Of a stretch of DNA of 64,000 bases, positions 29,182-38,977 are shown piece after piece. A model generated the notes under the pieces. That model saw nothing but the letters and a program-made list of their open reading frames with translations, ran no database searches and was not told where the DNA came from. Position 1 is the stretch's first letter. Every line of letters begins with the position of its first letter. The position numbers and the translations under genes were made by a program. This DNA comes from Promethearchaeota archaeon (GTDB lineage: Archaea > Asgardarchaeota > Thorarchaeia > Thorarchaeales > Thorarchaeaceae): assembly GCA_014728035.1 (NCBI GenBank), contig WJMJ01000059.1:160001-224000 (forward strand). The letters are read 5' to 3'.

Positions 29182-29370
29182 TTATCCTGGAAGCTGACCC
29201 CATTCTGATGTTAGTAGGGTCATTAAGATTTGTATAATGAAGCTGAGCATTCCTACCAGGACCATTGCAAGAAGACTAATCTTAGTGCTTGTCCAAATCT
29301 CTTCTCTGGATGGTTTCTGAGCTAGTTTCAGAATACGTCTGCTGTCATTTATGAAATCGCCAATTCCCAA
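29182..29370 (-). CDS. secE: Protein translocase SecE/Sec61 gamma
   Basis: RILKLA.KP..EE...K....G...F; conserved position between ftsZ and spt5. Confidence 0.92.
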   Translation of the reverse strand: MGIGDFINDSRRILKLAQKPSREEIWTSTKISLLAMVLVGMLSFIIQILMTLLTSEWGQLPG

Positions 29371-29459
29371 TATGGTTTCACATCCTAGGTACTACCGACT
29401 CAGTAGTGCCGGAATCATCTTCCATCTTTTCTAGTATGCTTTTAATACTTGCTGAGTGT

Positions 29460-30608
29460 CTATGTCAGTCTTGATAGGCCAAAGTCTGACTCCAAATCCT
29501 CAGCTAATGGGGGGACGGGTTCTGTGCCAGAGTCGAAAACATAGGGAGAATTGACTCCAGAGGCAATTATTGTGACTCGGAGACGGTCTTCTAGTTCTGG
29601 TACTATCAGTGCCCCATATATCACTTCAGCTCCTGGATTTGCCTGCTCTGTAACCAACTCCACCACGCGTTTAGCTTCCATCAGCTGAAGATCAGTACTA
29701 CCACTAACATTCACGAGAATATTTCTTGCATTTTCAATAGATACATCGATGAGAGGATTGCGTAATGCATTGTAGACTGCTTCTTCAGCACGTTCTGGAC
29801 CTTGTCCTTCACCAAGAGCAATAATCGAAACACCTCCGTTCTTCATAGTGGTTCGCACATCTGCAAAATCTAGATTGACCAACCCAGGTTTTGAAATCAA
29901 TTCTGCAATACCCTTCACAGCTCTAACTAAGACTTCATCTGCTACCATGAATGCTTCTGGCATAGAGAGATCTGGAGCAATTTCAAGCAGTTTCTCATTG
30001 GGAATAGCTATTAATGTGTCTACATAGTCCATTAATGAGTTTAGTCCTTTTGTGGCATTTCTTTTTCGAGTCGAACCTTCCACCTCAAAAGGCAAACAAA
30101 CTATAGCTACTGTTAAGGCACCGTTCTCTTTCGCTGCTTTTGCAATTTGTGGTGCAGCTCCTGTTCCGGTTCCTCCTCCCATACCTGCAGCAATGAATAC
30201 AAGGTCCCCTCTAACAATATCTTTGATTACTTCGTAAGTTTCAATTGCTGCTGCTTCGCCAATTTCTGGATTATTTCCTGCACCAAGTCCTCCACACTTT
30301 TCTTTACCTAAGAGCAACTTGTGATGAGCATGACAGAAGTAGAGGTCTTGTGCATCAGTGTTTACTGCAAGAGTTTCAGCACCCTCTACACCTACTTCCA
30401 TCAATCTTGTTATTGCATTATTGCCAGCTCCTCCAACACCAACCACAAGAATTCTCGCACTTACATTTTCTAGCAAGTCAGCAAGTTCTTCATCTGTTGT
30501 CTGTTGACGTGATGTCCTTCTAGTTGGGGTTGATCTAGAAGGGATAGTATCACGTCTGGCACTTGATCCGTTGAGTACTTCTTCGAGTAATGGATGCATT
30601 TGTGTCAC
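29460..30608 (-). CDS. ftsZ: Cell division protein FtsZ (FtsZ1-type gene context)
   Basis: GVGGAGNNA, NTDAQ, GMGGGTGTG, NLDFADV. Confidence 0.98.
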   Translation of the reverse strand: MTQMHPLLEEVLNGSSARRDTIPSRSTPTRRTSRQQTTDEELADLLENVSARILVVGVGGAGNNAITRLMEVGVEGAETLAVNTDAQDLYFCHAHHKLLLGKEKCGGLGAGNNPEIGEAAAIETYEVIKDIVRGDLVFIAAGMGGGTGTGAAPQIAKAAKENGALTVAIVCLPFEVEGSTRKRNATKGLNSLMDYVDTLIAIPNEKLLEIAPDLSMPEAFMVADEVLVRAVKGIAELISKPGLVNLDFADVRTTMKNGGVSIIALGEGQGPERAEEAVYNALRNPLIDVSIENARNILVNVSGSTDLQLMEAKRVVELVTEQANPGAEVIYGALIVPELEDRLRVTIIASGVNSPYVFDSGTEPVPPLAEDLESDFGLSRLT

Positions 30609-30697
30609 TCACACCTAAACGTCTGATTTGTTGATGTATTATGCTAACAAAAAGTAGTGTAGTCTTCTGGTTAGTATGTGGGTAATACATGGTCAAA

Positions 30698-31648
30698 TTA
30701 TCGTCTTTTTGAGCCAAAGGTTCTAAGAATTGCTCCAATATCCACATCGAATTTTTTGAGAAGACTAGCGGTTTGATTTAAGGAAGGCTGCCCTCTTTGT
30801 GCACCTGACTCCGTAATAGTAAGAGCAGCCACAGCATTTGCCATATGAAGGGCTTTTTCGATATTCTCTGCACGTGTCCAGGCCGTCACGAACCCAGCTG
30901 CAAATGCATCTCCCGCTCCTAATGTGTCTTTTACGGGCACTTCGAACACTGGCGAAGTATAATATTCAAAACCATCTGTTGCTATAGCACCTTCAGCACC
31001 CAACTTGATAATCACAATACCTGGAAATGATCTAGCTAGAGATATCAAATCAGATTGCTTTGGTTCTAATTTGAAATGCTGTTTGAGTTCACTTCTATTG
31101 AGGAATAAAAGGTCTGTATGTGGTAAGACCTTTGAAAAATCAATTCGGTCCCCTGTTCTGCCGGGGTCAAGCGAAAACACAATACCATTAGTGGTTGCTA
31201 TTTTCATTGCTTGATTTGCCATTTGTTGAAATCCTCCAGCAACATGGATTACTCGAGCTCGAATAATTGAGTCCATGTCAAGAATACTTTGATTCAGAAA
31301 TCTGTTAGCACCCGGTTGACTGATTACAAAAGACTCGTTCTGTTTGGACCGAACCAACATAAAGACTCCTGTTGGTTGGTTTTCTAATACTAGAATTGAT
31401 TTGGTTTCAATACCCATCTTGGCTATTTCTTTGAGTGCTATTTGTCCGTAGACATCATCACCAATACAACTTACCAAACCTGACTTTATTCCAAGTTTTG
31501 CTAACTGCATTACAAAATTTGCGGCTGATCCTCCAAATGAGATTTGGCCATCATGTCCTATTATGTGGTCGGATTTTTTGGGTAGTTTTTCAATATCTAT
31601 TGTTATATCAATATTGATTCTGCCTATCCCAATTACTTCTACGGACAA
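30698..31648 (-). CDS. PfkB family carbohydrate/nucleoside kinase
   Basis: GGSAAN..., DTLGAGDAF. Confidence 0.92.
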   Translation of the reverse strand: MSVEVIGIGRINIDITIDIEKLPKKSDHIIGHDGQISFGGSAANFVMQLAKLGIKSGLVSCIGDDVYGQIALKEIAKMGIETKSILVLENQPTGVFMLVRSKQNESFVISQPGANRFLNQSILDMDSIIRARVIHVAGGFQQMANQAMKIATTNGIVFSLDPGRTGDRIDFSKVLPHTDLLFLNRSELKQHFKLEPKQSDLISLARSFPGIVIIKLGAEGAIATDGFEYYTSPVFEVPVKDTLGAGDAFAAGFVTAWTRAENIEKALHMANAVAALTITESGAQRGQPSLNQTASLLKKFDVDIGAILRTFGSKRR

Positions 31649-31660
31649 ACTATGCGCCTC

Positions 31661-32584
31661 TTAGATTGTAAGAACCATTATCGCTTTTTGAGCATGGAGC
31701 CGGTTCTCAGCCTCATCAAATACCACACTATGTTTGCCATCCATCACACTATCTGTTATCTCTTCATTTCTGTGAGCAGGTAAGCAATGCATCACAATCA
31801 CATCTTGTTTTGCCGATGCAACTAATTGGTCATTTACTTGAAATGGCATCAATGCATCTTCTTTTTTCTCATCTCTTTCTTGACCCATACTGAAGAAGGT
31901 ATCCGTATAGATTACATCCGCATCCGCAACAGCAGCATGTGGGTCGTTCTCAATAGCAATTGTGGTGTTATACCTTTCACTGAGCTCGTTGGCCTTTTTC
32001 ACGATTTCTTTTGATGGAGTATATCCTTTTGGAGACCCGATTACAACATCCATCCCCATGATGGTACATCCTTGCATAATTGAGTTGCTAACATTGTTAG
32101 AATCTCCAACATATGTTATCTTCAGTCCCTGCAATCTTCCTTTGTGTTCTTCAATAGTAAGCATATCTGCCATTATTTGACATGGGTGTAATAGGTCTGA
32201 TAATCCATTAATTACAGGGACCGTGGCATGTTTAGCTAGGTTGACTACTTCATCATGTCCATAAACCCGTGCCATAATACCATCACAATATCTGCTCAAT
32301 ACTTGTGCAGTATCTCCAATTGTTTCGCCTCTTCCAAGCTGAGTGCCACTCGGGCTGAGGTATAGGGCATGTCCTCCTAATTGGGTCAGTCCCACCTCAA
32401 AAGATACTCTCGTTCTCGTCGAGGACTTCATGAAAATCATAGCTAATGATTTCCCCTTGAGTAGCTCGTGGGGCTCTCCGCGTTTTTGTTTTCGCTTTAG
32501 ATCATGGGCTGTATCTAAAATTCGCCGCAGTTCATATCTTTCGAAATCTGCGAGATCAATAAAGTGTCTACCTTTTAGGCTCAA
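31661..32584 (-). CDS. argF: Ornithine carbamoyltransferase
   Basis: STRT, HPCQ, SMG, HCLP, EAENR. Confidence 0.96.
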   Translation of the reverse strand: MSLKGRHFIDLADFERYELRRILDTAHDLKRKQKRGEPHELLKGKSLAMIFMKSSTRTRVSFEVGLTQLGGHALYLSPSGTQLGRGETIGDTAQVLSRYCDGIMARVYGHDEVVNLAKHATVPVINGLSDLLHPCQIMADMLTIEEHKGRLQGLKITYVGDSNNVSNSIMQGCTIMGMDVVIGSPKGYTPSKEIVKKANELSERYNTTIAIENDPHAAVADADVIYTDTFFSMGQERDEKKEDALMPFQVNDQLVASAKQDVIVMHCLPAHRNEEITDSVMDGKHSVVFDEAENRLHAQKAIMVLTI

Positions 32585-32650
32585 GATTATTACCTCTGAC
32601 CAGTTACTATGTTTCGGTCATAGCAACTCAGTAATAAAATTGTCCCATTA

Positions 32651-33562
32651 TCACTTTTCACCAACTAGCCTCTTTGCAAACCACTCGGGATCAAAATCTC
32701 GCAAGTCATCATAAGTCTGCCCCACACCTACATAAACTACGGGTTTGCCAGTCACATATGCAATCGACAATGCAGCTCCCCCTGATGGATCTGCATCCAC
32801 TTTTGTTAAAATAGCTCCGTCGATACCGATTGCCTGATTGAACTCATTTGCTTGAGACAGTGCATCATTTCCTGCAAGAGCATCACCTACAAACATTTTG
32901 ATATCGGGATTTGCTACTCTTGCGATTTTCTGCATCTCAGCTATGAGATTCTTATTTCCCTGCATTCTCCCTGCTGTATCAATCAAAACGATATCTATTT
33001 TTTTAGCTGTGGCATGTGCAACAGCATCATATGCAATAGATGCCGAGTCCGAACCATAACCTTGTTTGATAACTCTGATTCCCAAATTTTGAGCATGTTT
33101 CTCTAATTGTTCGATACTTCCTGCACGAAATGTATCTCCTGCAGCAATAACTATAGAGAAACCATGATCTTTGTACATCTTTGCCATCTTTGCAAGTGTA
33201 GTTGTTTTTCCTGTTCCATTAACCCCTACAAACAATATGACTGTAGGTTCACCTTTCATTTTTTTATCTCTGGCGAAAATTAGTGGATCAAGCGGATATT
33301 CGGGAGTGAGTACTTCTAAAATCGAATCATATATGGCTTTTTTGAAAATCTTTGTGAGATTTTCTAATCTTCCCGTCCGTTTTCCAAGCAATTTTTCTTT
33401 GGTCAATTCACAAATATGTTCAGCTACTTGAACCGCAACATCATTCTGTAATAGGACCATTTGGATTTCCCAAACAGCATCACTCAGATTCTGTTCATTA
33501 AGCTCCTTTGTAGTTGCTTTTGTGACAGCACCATCAATGGCACCACGGAGCTTGTCGAACAA
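32651..33562 (-). CDS. ftsY: SRP receptor FtsY
   Basis: GVNGTGKTT, DTFRAG, DTAGR, TKVD, GVGQ.YDDL. Confidence 0.97.
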   Translation of the reverse strand: MFDKLRGAIDGAVTKATTKELNEQNLSDAVWEIQMVLLQNDVAVQVAEHICELTKEKLLGKRTGRLENLTKIFKKAIYDSILEVLTPEYPLDPLIFARDKKMKGEPTVILFVGVNGTGKTTTLAKMAKMYKDHGFSIVIAAGDTFRAGSIEQLEKHAQNLGIRVIKQGYGSDSASIAYDAVAHATAKKIDIVLIDTAGRMQGNKNLIAEMQKIARVANPDIKMFVGDALAGNDALSQANEFNQAIGIDGAILTKVDADPSGGAALSIAYVTGKPVVYVGVGQTYDDLRDFDPEWFAKRLVGEK

Positions 33563-33569
33563 TCAATCA

Positions 33570-34001
33570 TTACTCTCCTTGTTGTAACATTGCAGCAATC
33601 TGCTGTAGTTGATTCTCTAGCTGTGCCTGATATCCCAAATACTTTTGATACTCTTCTCTGATTTTTCTCTCTTGGTTTCTTAGGTTTTTGATGGAAGATT
33701 CTATAGAGTCATGAGCAGCTTGAGTCTTCTGTTCAATACTAATTTCGCTTCCAATAGCCCGTGTTACTTTTTGGGGATTGACTATTTTGACCTCAATGAA
33801 TATATTTCCTCCAACATTCATCAAGACCTGTTCATCTTTCTCCTTTTTCATAACTTCTTTGAGAAAACTTAATCCAGAATCGTAATCATTCAAAAGCACT
33901 TGTATCCTCTCAATCTGCTGCTGAAGCACTTGTAGATTGTTTTCGACCAAGTCTTTTTGCATAGCAAGCTGCTGAAAGACAGCTCTGGGATCTTGACCCA
34001 T
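33570..34001 (-). CDS. pfdA: Prefoldin alpha subunit
   Basis: Coiled coils flanking a VGG..F...IG hairpin; conserved LX-pfdA-ftsY order. Confidence 0.88.
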   Translation of the reverse strand: MGQDPRAVFQQLAMQKDLVENNLQVLQQQIERIQVLLNDYDSGLSFLKEVMKKEKDEQVLMNVGGNIFIEVKIVNPQKVTRAIGSEISIEQKTQAAHDSIESSIKNLRNQERKIREEYQKYLGYQAQLENQLQQIAAMLQQGE

Positions 34002-34252
34002 TATACTTCGCTCTCCACACCAAGTAGTTTGCGAAGTTCAAGATTGGTAAGCTCTTCAGGTTCAATCTCCTTAATTGTTTTAATATCAATCTCTCTTCGC
34101 TTTACTCTGTGTCGACTACCGAGTTCCGACAGAACTCTTTCTTGAACATGTGATTCTTTATCAGCTAACATTTCGATATTGAATCTGTATGTTCGTCGTT
34201 TCTTCTTGTATTCTCCTATGGCTCGCCAGACCTTTCTACTCATTATAATCAC
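34001..34252 (-). CDS. rpl18a: Ribosomal protein eL20 (LX/L18ae)
   Basis: E...S.LGSRHRVKR..I.I..I.EI. Confidence 0.93.
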   Translation of the reverse strand: MIIMSRKVWRAIGEYKKKRRTYRFNIEMLADKESHVQERVLSELGSRHRVKRREIDIKTIKEIEPEELTNLELRKLLGVESEV

Positions 34253-34918
34253 CTATACAAATCCGAGTATTTGGCTAATATGTGCAAGTTCAACACCGGT
34301 CGTGTCTGTTCCTGCAATCATTCCATCAATATTTGCGAGGACTCCAAGTTTTGTGTATGGGGATCCTCTATTGACTGTGCCCACCTCGACATGGACTTTT
34401 AATAACTCCGATATCCTATTCATCTCTTCATCGGTTGCCATTGGATGCACTACTGCTCCACGATTTGTTATAATGGTATTCGCGCCTACAATAGGCAATT
34501 TTGCAACGGTCCCTGGATGAACTTCTACATCAAGGATATCTGAAATCTTTTTTCTTGATTTGGAATCAAATTCCGGATGGCATATTGCTCCATGATCATT
34601 TGCCAGAATTATATTTCCCATAGCTGTCATCTTACTATCAATCCAATCGACATTGATATCTGTATTTTCTTTAAGATAAGCAAATTCTTCATCAGTTGTG
34701 GTGTACGGTAGTAGCATTCCATGTGAATTGGCTACTGCTACCAAACCTATAGCATCAAGACTTGCTATTGTTGATTGAATTATTGGAAGATTGAATGCTC
34801 GTTCAAATACTTCAAGAGCCTTTTCAGACATATTTGGACTGATACATATCATTTGGTCTGTAACGACTCCAAAGGCTCCTACGTTAACATCGCCCTCGAA
34901 GTCTGTACGGGCGATCAT
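34253..34918 (-). CDS. eif6: Translation initiation factor aIF-6
   Basis: GN.ILAND.G, GTVNRGS, G.DTTG.EL. Confidence 0.96.
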   Translation of the reverse strand: MIARTDFEGDVNVGAFGVVTDQMICISPNMSEKALEVFERAFNLPIIQSTIASLDAIGLVAVANSHGMLLPYTTTDEEFAYLKENTDINVDWIDSKMTAMGNIILANDHGAICHPEFDSKSRKKISDILDVEVHPGTVAKLPIVGANTIITNRGAVVHPMATDEEMNRISELLKVHVEVGTVNRGSPYTKLGVLANIDGMIAGTDTTGVELAHISQILGFV

Positions 34919-34925
34919 ATATCAG

Positions 34926-35300
34926 TTACCCCTCCGCTAAATAAACTCTGACAAGATTATCAGAATTCTTTGTGACTCTGATTCTGATTCTTCGGGGTGG
35001 TTTTTCTATTCCTCTGCTCCAAAGCCTTCTATTCACTTCGGGTTGAATCTCGAGTTCTTCTGGTTTCATATGTCTTTCAACGAATTTACGTAGAATCTTT
35101 ACTGCACGGTTTGTCCTGCGAAGTCTTGTTCCTGTCCAGTATGCCTTTCTTAATGGCACGGTGTAAATCCTCTCATCTATGATTTCTTCTTCAGGCAGAA
35201 ACTCATCTGCAACAACCTCTTCTTCTTCTACCTCGTCTGGAGTAGTAATCTCCATGTCTGGTAAATCTTCTTCAATATCAATTTCCATTTCTTCTGCCAT
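34926..35300 (-). CDS. rpl31e: Ribosomal protein eL31 with acidic N-terminal extension
   Basis: ERIYTVPLR, R..RA...F..RH.K, W.RG.EKPP.RIR. Confidence 0.96.
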   Translation of the reverse strand: MAEEMEIDIEEDLPDMEITTPDEVEEEEVVADEFLPEEEIIDERIYTVPLRKAYWTGTRLRRTNRAVKILRKFVERHMKPEELEIQPEVNRRLWSRGIEKPPRRIRIRVTKNSDNLVRVYLAEG

Positions 35301-35312
35301 TGCAAACACCTT

Positions 35313-35468
35313 TTACGGCTTCAATTTCGTGCTACGCCAGTGGCGTTGTTTTGGGTTTCTTCTTATTTTCCCACTAGTTTTCATGATGACCCAGGTTGGT
35401 ACACTACTGTTGGACTTGAGAGCTTTAGCCATCCTGAGTTTCTTTGGGAGTGATTTGTTTCGTGCCAT
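35313..35468 (-). CDS. rpl39e: Ribosomal protein eL39 (absent from ORF track)
   Basis: Manual translation [51 protein letters not shown]. Confidence 0.96.
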   Translation of the reverse strand: MARNKSLPKKLRMAKALKSNSSVPTWVIMKTSGKIRRNPKQRHWRSTKLKP

Positions 35469-35484
35469 TCTATTCACCTTTGTT

Positions 35485-35814
35485 CTACCGGAATTTTATC
35501 TTTCGTTCGCGTTCTCGTCCTTGCAATTGTTTAAGGAGTTTCTTAAGCTGATCATCAGTTACTTTTCCTCTGAGACGTCCAGAAGAAGCCAGCTGAATAA
35601 GCTGGTATTCAATCTGCTCTGCGAATTGAGGTTTGACCATTCTGATGTTGGTAAGCCTTGAACGGGCATCAGGAGTGAGAATCTGCCTAAGAATTGCTTC
35701 TTTTTGAGCTTCTGCTTCTGCCTGCTTTTGTTCCTGCAATTGCTCTTGGGTAGCCTGCTCTTTAAGTGCAGCAAGCTTCCGTTCACGAATTGCATCAAGC
35801 TCATCATCACTCAT
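35485..35814 (-). CDS. PDCD5-like dsDNA-binding protein
   Basis: DDEL..IR, LRQILTP.AR.RL.NI..VKP..A...E..LIQL. Confidence 0.93.
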   Translation of the reverse strand: MSDDELDAIRERKLAALKEQATQEQLQEQKQAEAEAQKEAILRQILTPDARSRLTNIRMVKPQFAEQIEYQLIQLASSGRLRGKVTDDQLKKLLKQLQGRERERKIKFR

Positions 35815-35828
35815 CTATGTCACTATTC

Positions 35829-36287
35829 CTAATACTTCTCTAATGCTGGAATCGCCTTTGAAAGTTCAGCTTTCAACCCAGATGAAAGCTTGTCCATATA
35901 TGACCTTCCAATGTCAGTAAGTACTCTGCCTTTGTTACCTTGTTTCTTTATGAAACCGGCTCTTTCAAGCTGTTGAAGTGCTGTACGTACTATTGCTCCA
36001 CTGCCGCGATGAAATCTACTTGGTTTTGATCCCCTTCGTTTTCTACCTCCATAGCTGATACGAAGTCTTTCTGTACCAATTGGACCTCTTAGGTAGACCT
36101 TTCTCAAAATACTGGCACATCTTACATGCCACCAGTCATCTGATTCTGGGGCTCTTTCCTTATGGACTCCTGTTTTAACAAAATCCGCCCATTCGGGAGG
36201 TTTGATTTCTTTTCGGGATTTCAGCTCTTGTGCAAGACGCCGAATGTATATATTTGCTGGGATATCGTAGACAGTGGGCATTGTCAA
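35829..36287 (-). CDS. rps19e: Ribosomal protein eS19
   Basis: PPEWA.FVKTG..KE..P, R.ASILRK.Y, YGG, GSG.I.R..LQQLE.AG. Confidence 0.97.
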   Translation of the reverse strand: MTMPTVYDIPANIYIRRLAQELKSRKEIKPPEWADFVKTGVHKERAPESDDWWHVRCASILRKVYLRGPIGTERLRISYGGRKRRGSKPSRFHRGSGAIVRTALQQLERAGFIKKQGNKGRVLTDIGRSYMDKLSSGLKAELSKAIPALEKY

Positions 36288-36408
36288 TCACCATTTCTGC
36301 TATGAGCAGGTCACAGCACTCTATCTAGGCTGATGGCCTAACTCAGAAGGCTGGAAACGCAACTTATGAGTTAACATAAAAGACTATCGTTGTAATCGGA
36401 ATTTGAGT

Positions 36409-36678
36409 TTATCTTTTCCTTGGTCTGAATATTACAGCCGTATTTCCTCGAATTCCAATCAACTGTGCTTTGGTTTTGGAGCAGAGATTCACGAATATCT
36501 CCTTTTTTGGACCCATGTCTAGTGCACTTCTGAGCAAGCGCACTTTGATGTATTCGTGTCTTTTTAAGAGGCGTTTCGCCTCAGCTATCACTCTCTCGTT
36601 TAACCCTGCCTTTCCAATCTGCAGCATGGTCGGGTCTTGCCATGCCATGCCAACTCTTGTTGCATCGGGTTTAGTCAT
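36409..36678 (-). CDS. YhbY/CRM-domain RNA-binding protein
   Basis: P...IGK.GL...VI.E...L..HE.IKV...G.T. Confidence 0.88.
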   Translation of the reverse strand: MTKPDATRVGMAWQDPTMLQIGKAGLNERVIAEAKRLLKRHEYIKVRLLRSALDMGPKKEIFVNLCSKTKAQLIGIRGNTAVIFRPRKR

Positions 36679-36711
36679 TCCAGTTCAATTCAATTTTCTA
36701 AACATGCTTCT

Positions 36712-37035
36712 TTAAGCTTGTCTTGTGACTAATATTCTCTTAATTGCTCCACAATTCTTGCATGTAATAGTCATATGCTTTGTTCGATTGTGACGAATAC
36801 GCACTTGACAATTTCGACCATAAACATATACTGATCCACAATTCTTGCATATTCTTTGTCCTATTTCCTGAGGAAGTTTTATCCTGGCCTTTGCAGCAAT
36901 TTTCCTTGCAGTGTTAACCCATTCTCTTGCAAGTTCTGGCCTAGATATTGCATATTTCTTTGCCTCTTTCCAAAGAACGTGAATCCGCTCTGTTGCAATT
37001 TCTATCCTTTTCTTTTTGGCTCTTCTTTTTACCAT
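36712..37035 (-). CDS. rnp4: RNase P protein component 4 (Rpp21)
   Basis: IA.ERI..L, A..I, CK.C...RIR...ITC..CG...R. Confidence 0.93.
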   Translation of the reverse strand: MVKRRAKKKRIEIATERIHVLWKEAKKYAISRPELAREWVNTARKIAAKARIKLPQEIGQRICKNCGSVYVYGRNCQVRIRHNRTKHMTITCKNCGAIKRILVTRQA

Positions 37036-37092
37036 GTTATCTGTAATTGATTCATACTCCTTAAAACATTCTCAACTTATTGTGATGTAGGT

Positions 37093-37815
37093 GTGCTGAT
37101 GCTACATATTATCCTCTTGGAATGTGGAATCGAACTGGTTCCCTCTGAACTTACCGCTCTAAAACCAGTTCAGAAACACGCGGGAAGGCGAAAGAAAAGA
37201 CCTAACGACCTTCTTCTTGATCAATCATATCATGGAATGGTAATGCCCCGTCTTGAAGACCATGAAAGAAGAGGCCGACCAGACATCGTATATCTTTCAC
37301 TTCACTCCTTACTTGAGACCCCGCTTTGTAAGCATGATGGTTTACGAGTCTATCTCCATCTACGCGATGGTCGTATTATACGGGTAAATCCCAAGGTGCG
37401 GATTCCACGAAATCAGGAACGTTTTAACGGATTAATAGAACAATTGCTTTCTATCGGAAAAGTTCCTCCTACTGGGGACATATTGTTAGAAGTCACAGAC
37501 CATACACTTTCATCTCTACTTTCAGAAATCAAGAAATCTAGCACTTCTGTTGAGTGTTTTTTGGCTGATGAATCTGGCAGTGATACAACATTTAGTCAAC
37601 TTGTCGAAATCTTTCCTGTTGAATTAGACCAATCTGTAGTTTTTGGTATTGGTGCTTTTCCTCACGGAGAATTCTCTTCTTCTGTCCGTAGCCTCTTTGA
37701 AACTCCCCTCTGTTTTGACAATGGTGTGATGATGGCTTGGCATGTCTGTGCAGAAATTTTGTGGGCATATTCAAAGAAATTTGAGATTATTCGTAAGCGA
37801 TATGATACAGACTAA
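37093..37815 (+). CDS. nep1: rRNA pseudouridine N1-methyltransferase Nep1/Emg1
   Basis: LLD.SYH, RGRPDI, RIPRN..RF.GL.EQL, IGAFPHG.F. Confidence 0.93.
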   Translation: MLMLHIILLECGIELVPSELTALKPVQKHAGRRKKRPNDLLLDQSYHGMVMPRLEDHERRGRPDIVYLSLHSLLETPLCKHDGLRVYLHLRDGRIIRVNPKVRIPRNQERFNGLIEQLLSIGKVPPTGDILLEVTDHTLSSLLSEIKKSSTSVECFLADESGSDTTFSQLVEIFPVELDQSVVFGIGAFPHGEFSSSVRSLFETPLCFDNGVMMAWHVCAEILWAYSKKFEIIRKRYDTD

Positions 37816-37985
37816 TCTTTTCTTTCCCTGACACCACCCGCAACACATTGCATCACTTCATTGACCGTCAAGAACAATATCCTTAAATCTCTACAAAGTG
37901 GTCCGATTATCAGTCGTGTACAATCCTTACATGGCTTATCCGAACACCTCTCTCTGAGGTTTGTTCAAATATCTGTCTAAACATC

Positions 37986-38090
37986 GCGGTTGTTGTCTAG
38001 CCGTGTCAAACTTCTTGGCGCGGGGCGATGGGGCTAGGATTCCAGCCTTCCAAGCTGGTGGCCCGGGTTCAATTCCCGGCGACCGCACCA
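37986..38090 (+). tRNA. tRNA-Gly(TCC) with ~30-nt D-loop intron (best fit 38000-38029, position 14/15)
   Basis: GCGGTTG/CGACCGC acceptor; CCAGC-CTTCCAA-GCTGG; removing 30 nt gives a 75-nt tRNA with D-loop AGGGGCTA. Confidence 0.88.
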
Positions 38091-38102
38091 TCTTCATCTC
38101 TT

Positions 38103-38825
38103 TTAATTTCCGTCAGCTTTGTCAATGAGTGATTTTGCAGTGCGCATGTGATTCTCTAGTGCTGCTTTATCATATGATTGACTCATGAGAGCAAGTACTT
38201 GGATTACTCCTGTAAGATTGAAGCTTCTTTTCTTGAGCATCTCAATTAGTCTTCTATCTGCGGAAGGACAAAGGACAGTATAATGGATTATTTTATCGAA
38301 ACAGAGAACGAAACGTTTCCATAGGGGACTTCCTCTCTCTATGATATCTATTGCTTGGTTTCGATACTTCTGCCAATTTTTCTCAATTGCATTTAGCAAC
38401 TGGTCGAAAAACGGCTCAAATTCGTTATCATTCAGTGTTGTTCTCAGAGATGTGAACAGACACATTGGATAGTATGGCACCTCTCCACTGGGATTATAGA
38501 ACTCGTCTAAGCTAGCCACTCCCCAAGAAAAAGGAAAGAGCAAATAATAGCCTTGTGCCAAACCAACAATCTTCTTCTCTGACTGATTTTCTGCCCAGAT
38601 TGAGAATATGCGAGTGCTCCGTTTATCGATATCTGGTATTTCTTTTCCCCATGGATGAATATTAGAGAAATCTATGACATATGGCCCTGTTTCTTCAGTG
38701 ACATGAACCGTCCCTCTCTCAGTGGATTCATAAAGTAATTCAATTACACTTTCCGAGTCAAATTTTGCCATCTGATCAGATGTGGCTTGCTTCACTCTCC
38801 CATCATGAAAAATAATCTGCATCAT
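38103..38825 (-). CDS. Hypothetical protein (weak GNAT-like fold resemblance)
   Basis: 240-aa ORF with GAGGT SD; no firm motif. Confidence 0.55.
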   Translation of the reverse strand: MMQIIFHDGRVKQATSDQMAKFDSESVIELLYESTERGTVHVTEETGPYVIDFSNIHPWGKEIPDIDKRSTRIFSIWAENQSEKKIVGLAQGYYLLFPFSWGVASLDEFYNPSGEVPYYPMCLFTSLRTTLNDNEFEPFFDQLLNAIEKNWQKYRNQAIDIIERGSPLWKRFVLCFDKIIHYTVLCPSADRRLIEMLKKRSFNLTGVIQVLALMSQSYDKAALENHMRTAKSLIDKADGN

Positions 38826-38977
38826 TTAACCTCTAGCTATGTTGTTTCATTCTTTTTGAATGTATAAATTCACTGTGATTCATATCAGTATCACAACCTT
38901 TTTTTCCAATCTACTTAGAACTTTTCTCTGATTCACTCAGTACCAATAATCTTAGACTCACTCTCAGAGGCTTATTC

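Noticed and set aside
35179-35661. 160-aa plus-strand ORF
   Set aside because: Antisense shadow of rpl31e, rpl39e and the PDCD5-like gene
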